A DNA stretch of 11,616 bases, from UHGV virus genome UHGV-0128598; one strand, 5' to 3'. Positions 6,343 through 11,616 of the stretch are shown here, one piece after another. A program made the position numbers and the translations under genes. Every line of letters starts with the position of its first letter. The stretch's first letter is position 1. The notes beneath the pieces are model-generated. The model worked only from the letters and a program-made list of their open reading frames with translations. It ran no database searches and was not told where the DNA came from. This stretch comes from a virus.

Positions 6343-7953
6343 TTAATAATCGACTTCGACCTCATGGTCTCCGTCACTTAACTGCCAATGTTCCCGCGAT
6401 TGTCCGGTCGGAATCCCGACCACTTTGCCGATACGAACCGGCGTTGCACTAATAGCACCCGCACCAGAATCAATGAAATCGTCCGGCTGGTTGGTCAGTG
6501 CCGGGTTAAAGTCCCGCATCTGGTCGTACATCGGGCCATCAAGCACGTCAGTGTGCGCCCACAGGAAACGGGAAGACAAAGGAGCTTCGAACGCATCAAG
6601 GATACGCTTCTGCTTGTTTGTCACGCTGAATTCTTCCCGCACGCCGCACCCGGTACCTTTTAACGCCTGCCGCAGCAGTTTTCCCGCAAAGCCGCCGGGG
6701 CCGTTTACCTCGACACAAACAACGGGGATCTGGTATCGGATAACCAGCTCTTTAATCTGGGCGACCTGCCCGCCAGTAATCTTGTCGTTATCGTCAAACT
6801 CTGCCAGTTCACCAGTCAGCTCCTTGCAAACATGCCAGTACAGATGTCCGCGCGCGTCAGTCAGTATCAGGGATAACGCTGAGGCGTCCGCTTTCACTTT
6901 ACCGGTTGCCACGTCCCACCACGCCACAGCACCAACAATTTGCGTGCTGCCGAGCCACATCGAGGCGGTACGGTTGGCGTAGCGAATTTCAGGATGGATG
7001 TTGTACTCACGGATGCGATCAGGATCGAGACGAACGTCGCCAACGGGTTTACTGTGCAGCTGGTACTGGCTGTCCCACTCGTTAACGGTGCGACATTCTT
7101 TACGGCGCAACTCCAGCTCGTCATGATCGAATCGCTCAGGCCAGGCACATCCGGCGTAGAAATCAATAACCGTCTCTGGCGCCGCAGCAAACTCCACGCC
7201 GTCGGCGGTCAGCTTGTAGTCAACATCCTCGACCAGCAGTCGCGCCGCTTTATGGATGCCCGCGAAAACGTACTCCGGCCGGAACGGAATAACGTAGCGC
7301 AGCTGCGTGGCATCCTTCGCCTCGATGCGCTTTTCTTTCTCAAACAGTTTAATGGTCAGACAGTCAGCACCTGCCGATTCCATTTCATCGTAGAGGCTGT
7401 CATGTGTGTGCGGTGTACCGATAAAGAGCTTTCGCCCGCCGGGGATCAGGATGTGAGTTTGCTCGCTCAGGCGGTATCGCAGTTTCTCACGCGCTTCCGG
7501 CGTCTGGATGTTGCCGGGGACTTCCACGTCGTCGTTCTGGCACTCATTTGCACGCGCGCCGGTAACGTTCGACAGGATACCTTTTGCGAACATGCTCGCG
7601 TTACGCATATCCAGCGAACCGTTAACCCACCACTGCTCGACTGTGCCGAGTCCATCCGGCAACATGCCTTTTGTCAGGGGGTGATTGCGTAAAACGTTCT
7701 GCGTATCGCGGCTGGTTTTGCGCGCTGTGGAATCTGATTCAGACTGGTGCAGGACCCGGTACTGGCGGTCGCAGTAATATCGCCATGCGTTATAAACGCC
7801 CAGTATGGTAGATTTACCGAAACCACGAAAACAGCGAAGCACCGCAAGATTTCCGCGATGCTCCAGCCAGTGACAGGCACGATAGTGGCAGTCCGGAACG
7901 TCCCAGTTCATCCGCTCCGCCCACATTAAAAAGAAGGCGAGGAACGAAATCAT
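6343..7953 (-). CDS. Terminase large subunit, T7 gp19-like (DNA maturase B)
   Basis: 536 aa, ATG start. Walker A in RGFGKSTILG, plus DDVEVP...AREKL and FIGTPHTHDSLYDE, which resemble T7 gp19 as recalled (AFRGIGKS, ADDVEIP...AREKL, YLGTPQT..LY). Start overlaps the upstream gene stop as ATGA. Confidence 0.85.
   Translation of the reverse strand: MISFLAFFLMWAERMNWDVPDCHYRACHWLEHRGNLAVLRCFRGFGKSTILGVYNAWRYYCDRQYRVLHQSESDSTARKTSRDTQNVLRNHPLTKGMLPDGLGTVEQWWVNGSLDMRNASMFAKGILSNVTGARANECQNDDVEVPGNIQTPEAREKLRYRLSEQTHILIPGGRKLFIGTPHTHDSLYDEMESAGADCLTIKLFEKEKRIEAKDATQLRYVIPFRPEYVFAGIHKAARLLVEDVDYKLTADGVEFAAAPETVIDFYAGCAWPERFDHDELELRRKECRTVNEWDSQYQLHSKPVGDVRLDPDRIREYNIHPEIRYANRTASMWLGSTQIVGAVAWWDVATGKVKADASALSLILTDARGHLYWHVCKELTGELAEFDDNDKITGGQVAQIKELVIRYQIPVVCVEVNGPGGFAGKLLRQALKGTGCGVREEFSVTNKQKRILDAFEAPLSSRFLWAHTDVLDGPMYDQMRDFNPALTNQPDDFIDSGAGAISATPVRIGKVVGIPTGQSREHWQLSDGDHEVEVDY
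6406..6421. repeat. Copy B of the 16-bp inverted-repeat motif GGTCGGAATCCCGACC (6-bp arms, 4-nt spacer)
   Basis: Exact 16-mer shared with copy C. Lies inside the last 26 codons or so of the terminase gene (encoding ...VGIPTG...), 84 nt upstream of the tailspike ATG. Confidence 0.65.
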
Positions 7954-8291
7954 TTTTTGCCTTTCTGCAGGCGCTCGATAATGGCGAGGGCTTCACGCTC
8001 CGCCTTCGATACCTGCTGCCCCAGCGCAAAGGCTTCATCATCCTGCCCGGGGTTATCTGAAGGCGTACCACCGCGCGTTTGCATGCCAATAAGGGAATGC
8101 ACCTTAATCAGCAGCGTCAGCGAAGCCGCCGCGTTCTTCTTGTCCCAGTATCGATCGCCGCGCTCGTCTTTGGTCAGTTCGCTGGGTTTCTTCCCCGCCC
8201 CCGGCCAGTTGTCCGGATCGGCTTCTTCGAGCACCACGTCAGTGAGTTTATCGCTCAGCGCGGTAAGGCGTGTCTTGTAATCCTGATGCAT
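7950..8291 (-). CDS. Putative terminase small subunit (called by position only)
   Basis: The track extends to a TTG at 8375, but that would read through a terminator-like hairpin and the 3' end of the upstream gene. The first ATG is at 8291 (MHQDYKTRLTALSDK..., 113 aa). Acidic/charged small protein whose stop overlaps the large terminase start (ATGA). No sequence motif recognised. Confidence 0.45.
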   Translation of the reverse strand: MHQDYKTRLTALSDKLTDVVLEEADPDNWPGAGKKPSELTKDERGDRYWDKKNAAASLTLLIKVHSLIGMQTRGGTPSDNPGQDDEAFALGQQVSKAEREALAIIERLQKGKK

Positions 8292-8319
8292 AAAAAAGCC
8301 CTGTAGTGAATACAGGGCT
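8292..8319 (-). terminator. Intrinsic-terminator-like hairpin (9-bp stem, 5-nt loop) followed by T6 on the minus strand
   Basis: Minus strand reads AGCCCTGTA-TTCAC-TACAGGGCT-TTTTT and then the ATG at 8291. Lies between the gp16-like gene stop (8356) and the small terminase start. It leaves no room for a Shine-Dalgarno element, so it may instead be a leader or processing structure. Confidence 0.5.
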
Positions 8320-8337
8320 ATGGTGTATGCTTTTTGA

Positions 8338-8353
8338 GGTCGGAATCCCGACC
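8338..8353. repeat. Copy C of the 16-bp inverted-repeat motif GGTCGGAATCCCGACC
   Basis: Exact 16-mer, starting 2 nt after the stop of the gp16-like gene on the minus strand, 46 nt upstream of the small terminase ATG and just upstream of the terminator-like hairpin. Confidence 0.65.
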
Positions 8354-8355
8354 GA

Positions 8356-9870
8356 TTACCGCATGCCGGGGTCAACCTGATTTATCAGCGGCGCTATCCA
8401 GAAAAGATTATTACCCGGCAGCAGCGTACGCACGTTATGCAGTACCCGATCGCCAGCATCACCGTTGAGCACTCCGGCGGTCACATCGGTGACGGTATCC
8501 AGCAAGCCAAACGTCGGGCCGAGAGCGGAGCCAATAAAGCCACGGCTGGCATAGCGAGACTGTGTGCCGGTACCGAGCAGTGCACCCAGCCCCACCATAC
8601 CGCCGGAGGCTTTTTCTGCCATGTTGTTATATTCCATCAGCGGGCCGAGAATACCGGACCGGTCGATACCTTCAATGGCCAGTTTCTGAGGCGACCAGTC
8701 AACCTCTTTACCATTTGCGGATTGTTTAAGTGCGTACGTCAGTGCGCCGAGGCTAATCTGGAAAGCGGTACCGTAATAAAACTGTCCGGTTCCCTCCTGC
8801 AGGCCGCCCAGCGTTGCGCGGTTGTAGGACGCGGTAGCGAACGATTTAAACTGGAAGATAGTTTTACCCAGTGGCGTGCTGGCCCACAATGGCGTATCGC
8901 CGATCCCCGGTGTGATAACTGTATTGTTAACGTCTTTGAGCACGGCCGACTGAAAAACGCCAGCCACATGCTGATCGTCCCATTTTTCAAAATTGCCGAT
9001 ATGCCAGCCATTGATTACCTCACCGTGTTTTTCGAATTCGCTGCGAATACGCGCGGCCATATTGTCGTTAATGCCGAGCTTGGCAAGGCGGCGGCCCGCA
9101 AACGCGCCGGACAGAATGCCGTCGGAGGTGATCATGCCGTTTACCGATTTGTTCATATCGTCGAAGTGGCCCATCAGCGTGAGCTTGCCGAACGCATCGG
9201 TGACGCGCTCCATTCCCGCCTCTACCGCTGTAGTGCGGGAGGAGCTGTCTACCAGGTCACCCATCGTACGCGCACGGGTATGCAGGATGGTTTCCAGCCC
9301 GACGGCCATTTTTAACTGTTCGGCCCGGCTGGCCTTGAATGCCGGCGACCGGGTTATCAGCGCAGAGTAACCGCGCATGGTATTGCCAAACCCGTTAACC
9401 ATCACACCGCGGGCGAGATCAGGAATAGCGGAAACGGTCATACCGCCCAGCTTGGTGACAAAGTTGGCGCTACGCAGAAACGCACCGGCGCGAACGAAAA
9501 ATGATGATGGGTCATCCGGCATACCGTAGGTACCGACGAGGCGATCGCGAAGCGCCAGAATATCGCGCAGATCGGCTTCGCGCGCCTTCGCCAGCTTTTC
9601 CTGCTCTGCCGGGCGTAACCGCATCAGCGCGTCGTATTCGTCCTGGATGGCAGCGAGCTGCGAATCCAGCGACTTGTTGCCAAAGGTACGGGTTAATTCA
9701 ATTTCCGCTGAGGCTTCGCGGATATGACGCTGCAGGACGTAGTTTGCATCGCTCTCCAGATAATCTTTCATCAGGCGATCGGGAACGCTCAACGTACGCG
9801 ATTTGGTGCTGCCCGGCGATTTCAGCATCTTCGCGGGACATGGTTTTCTCACCGCGTGACCACCAGTCAA
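8356..9870 (-). CDS. Internal virion (ejection) protein, T7 gp16-like, C-terminal portion; apparently separated from the N-terminal portion by a frameshift
   Basis: 504-aa ORF. Gly/Ala-rich hydrophobic stretches and a FQFKSF motif resembling the C-terminal part of T7 gp16 as recalled. The first 30 codons or so look non-protein-like and overlap the upstream ORF, so the true N-terminal boundary is probably the frame junction near 9795-9802. Confidence 0.6.
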   Translation of the reverse strand: MTGGHAVRKPCPAKMLKSPGSTKSRTLSVPDRLMKDYLESDANYVLQRHIREASAEIELTRTFGNKSLDSQLAAIQDEYDALMRLRPAEQEKLAKAREADLRDILALRDRLVGTYGMPDDPSSFFVRAGAFLRSANFVTKLGGMTVSAIPDLARGVMVNGFGNTMRGYSALITRSPAFKASRAEQLKMAVGLETILHTRARTMGDLVDSSSRTTAVEAGMERVTDAFGKLTLMGHFDDMNKSVNGMITSDGILSGAFAGRRLAKLGINDNMAARIRSEFEKHGEVINGWHIGNFEKWDDQHVAGVFQSAVLKDVNNTVITPGIGDTPLWASTPLGKTIFQFKSFATASYNRATLGGLQEGTGQFYYGTAFQISLGALTYALKQSANGKEVDWSPQKLAIEGIDRSGILGPLMEYNNMAEKASGGMVGLGALLGTGTQSRYASRGFIGSALGPTFGLLDTVTDVTAGVLNGDAGDRVLHNVRTLLPGNNLFWIAPLINQVDPGMR

Positions 9871-11182
9871 CCAGCATATTGCGGAATTTATCTCGCTCGC
9901 TAACGATTTTACCCACCTTGTACACGCGCGGAAAATAGCTGGTCTGTCCCATCGCTTTCAGTTCGGCATCCGGCGGGAGTAAGCCCAGTTCCTGCTGGGC
10001 TGTCTTCACGCGGTTAATGACCGTACGCATTGCCTGCGCAGCTTCCTGCACTTTTGCATTAACGTGCACGTCGCCGTTACGCAGCGCCTCGCCAACCTGT
10101 TCACGGAAGGCCGTATAACCCAGATCGCCGCCTTCGGCTTTATACTGGGTGTATGCCTGCTTATTCGCAGTAACGACGGCCGCCTCTTCGCGGTGCCAGC
10201 CACGTACGCGCGTCTCGGCTGCTACCGGTGTTTCGATACCGCGCAGGTTGCCTTCCAGCGTGAAGTTATTCTCCGCCAACTCCAGCGCTGTCCGGCGCGC
10301 TTCTTTTGATGGGGATTCCATCAGGCGGGTGATCGGCGTCAGATAGCTACCGGCCTTTTTAGCCAGCTTGCCGAGCGGGCCGCCAGACACCGGTGTGAGG
10401 TCTTCCAGCGTTGCTTCGCGAATACGCATGGCGCCGACGCTGCCACCGTTCGGTAAAGTATCCGCCAGGGCGTCAGCTGCGTTGTTAATCGTTGGCGCGG
10501 CATTCATGTTATCGAGCGCCTCCGCCACTTCCCGTGTAGCCGCGTTTCTTACCGATGGGGTGATCATCGCGCCAGCAGTAGCAAATACACCGCTGAGAAG
10601 CGCGCCGGCTGTAATGTGCGCGGCGCTCTCCCTTGCTGTTCTGGTGTACTGCTCGTTATTGAGCGCAACCTCGCTAAGTGCGGTACCGGCGGCGCCAATA
10701 GCAATCTGAGAACCAATACGAGCAGCCAGGCTTCCCTGCGCACCGGGAATAAACATCGATGCGACCGTGACAGGGTCGATAACCCCGGCGGCGATACTGG
10801 CCAGAGTTCCTTCAGCGCCTGCCTCAGACAAAACCCGACGGTCTTCATTTTCATCGTCTATCTGGTTTTTTATCCAGGCGGTTTCCTCTGGCGATCGAGA
10901 ATCCGCAAAGGCGGATCCCCATTGTTCGTACCCCTTTAGTTCGTTTTTATCAGAATAAGGGTTATACCCGTCCGCCGGTTCGAATTGTTTGGCCGAGCGG
11001 AACATTCCAGCCAGCAGGTTATTCTGACGAAATGCAGCGCCCCACACAGACGGCTCATCCTGCTGAGGTGCTGGGTTAGTACCTTCAGGCAAAGGCACAT
11101 CAAATCCGGTAGGTGCAGCCAGGACATTACCCGCCGGAGTGAATCCGTTATTGAGTTCTTCAGGGGTGGCGTATACCGGCAT
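9698..11182 (-). CDS. Internal virion (ejection) protein, T7 gp16-like, N-terminal/central portion
   Basis: 494-aa ORF, ATG start overlapping the upstream stop (TAATG). Motifs resemble T7 gp16 as recalled: TPEEL, SEAGAEGTLASIAAGVIDPVTVASMFIPG (compare AGIIGAGVDPLSYVPMVG) and EKTMSREDAEI (compare AKMSREETRY). The last 30 codons or so are low-complexity and overlap the next ORF in another frame. No N-terminal transglycosylase-like region is evident. Confidence 0.6.
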   Translation of the reverse strand: MPVYATPEELNNGFTPAGNVLAAPTGFDVPLPEGTNPAPQQDEPSVWGAAFRQNNLLAGMFRSAKQFEPADGYNPYSDKNELKGYEQWGSAFADSRSPEETAWIKNQIDDENEDRRVLSEAGAEGTLASIAAGVIDPVTVASMFIPGAQGSLAARIGSQIAIGAAGTALSEVALNNEQYTRTARESAAHITAGALLSGVFATAGAMITPSVRNAATREVAEALDNMNAAPTINNAADALADTLPNGGSVGAMRIREATLEDLTPVSGGPLGKLAKKAGSYLTPITRLMESPSKEARRTALELAENNFTLEGNLRGIETPVAAETRVRGWHREEAAVVTANKQAYTQYKAEGGDLGYTAFREQVGEALRNGDVHVNAKVQEAAQAMRTVINRVKTAQQELGLLPPDAELKAMGQTSYFPRVYKVGKIVSERDKFRNMLVDWWSRGEKTMSREDAEIAGQHQIAYVERSRSPDERLSGERCKLRPAASYPRSLSGN

Positions 11183-11577
11183 TATTCAGTGCTCCACGAA
11201 AAGTAATTTTTAACCCTGTCCATGCGCTCGTTATGCAGGCGCTTGTACTGCTCATCGAGCGCACGGTGCTTATCTTTGAACCCACGAATATCCTGCCCGC
11301 GTTGCAGCTCATTGCGATCATGTTCTTCGCGCTCTTCCTGCATTTTTTTGTATGGCGCCCACTCTTCCAGTGACGGTTTCCAGCGCATCGGCCTGCCGTA
11401 CGAATCGTAGAACGGTTGTACCGCCTCGATACCATCCTTATCTTTTGTTCGCACCATGATGGCGTAATCGCCATTGCGGGCCGTCAGTACATCAGGGGTA
11501 ATTTCCAGATCGCCGCCAATACGCGACTCCGGCGTTTTGCTGGTGACAGGCGCTGCGTTACCGGGTGATGCTGCCAA
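11182..11577 (-). CDS. Hypothetical protein, translationally coupled to the gp16-like gene
   Basis: The track ORF starts at a TTG (11577) with no ribosome-binding site. The first ATG is at 11457 (MVRTKDKDG..., about 91 aa). Charged, helix-like C-terminus. Stop overlaps the next start (TAATG). A different frame is open from the window edge to a stop at 11484-11486, so an upstream gene may be cut by the window. Start and reality of this ORF are uncertain. Confidence 0.35.
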   Translation of the reverse strand: MAASPGNAAPVTSKTPESRIGGDLEITPDVLTARNGDYAIMVRTKDKDGIEAVQPFYDSYGRPMRWKPSLEEWAPYKKMQEEREEHDRNELQRGQDIRGFKDKHRALDEQYKRLHNERMDRVKNYFSWSTE

Positions 11578-11616
11578 CTTACTGATTTAGTGTATGATGG
11601 TGTTTTTGAGGTGCTC

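Noticed and set aside
8298-8320. CACTACAGGG within the hairpin, superficially like the CACTATAGGG core of a T7 promoter
   Set aside because: Only a partial match to the 23-bp T7 consensus, not repeated elsewhere in the window, and fully explained as one arm of the hairpin. No evidence that this element uses a T7-type promoter.
8292-8375. TTG-initiated N-terminal extension of the small terminase ORF (track start 8375)
   Set aside because: It would be translated through the terminator-like hairpin and the 16-bp motif, and would overlap the 3' end of the gp16-like gene, with no ribosome-binding site. The ATG at 8291 is the more plausible start.
6425-9315. Long plus-strand ORFs (6425-6982, 6940-7692, 8437-9315 and others) inside the terminase and gp16-like genes
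   Set aside because: They are antisense to genes with clear protein signatures. Their translations are low-complexity and rich in Arg/Ala/Ser, as expected for stop-poor reverse frames in GC-rich DNA. No ribosome-binding sites or recognisable motifs.
1-11616. CRISPR array, insertion sequence or transposase
   Set aside because: No regularly spaced direct repeats and no transposase-like ORF. The only multi-copy element is the 16-bp motif, whose three copies are irregularly spaced, several kb apart, and sit in gene-proximal positions.

Overview
The window looks like the right-hand end of an integrated podophage of the T7 supergroup, placed next to a tyrosine integrase, probably in an enterobacterial host (backbone roughly 52-60% G+C in sampled stretches). 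All calls are by eye from the translations; no alignment or search was run. On the minus strand, in transcription order from high to low coordinates: a small hypothetical ORF, a T7 gp16-like internal virion protein split across two overlapping frames, a small putative terminase subunit, a T7 gp19-like large terminase, a tailspike (T7 gp17-like N-terminus, pectate-lyase-like depolymerase, C-terminal S74 chaperone domain), an AT-rich membrane acyltransferase of the O-antigen acetylase type, then a phage-21-type lysis cassette (pinholin, SAR endolysin, Rz/Rz1). The integrase is on the plus strand at the left edge, converging on and overlapping the end of Rz1. Unexplained non-coding structure: a 15-16 bp inverted-repeat motif present three times, each 46-84 nt upstream of the first gene of a late block; hairpins enclosing the ribosome-binding sites of the holin and acyltransferase genes; a hairpin plus T-tract abutting the small terminase start; and repeats upstream of the integrase. 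No tRNA, rRNA, CRISPR array or transposase was seen. The prophage boundary (att site) is probably at or left of 1-240 but cannot be located from this window.
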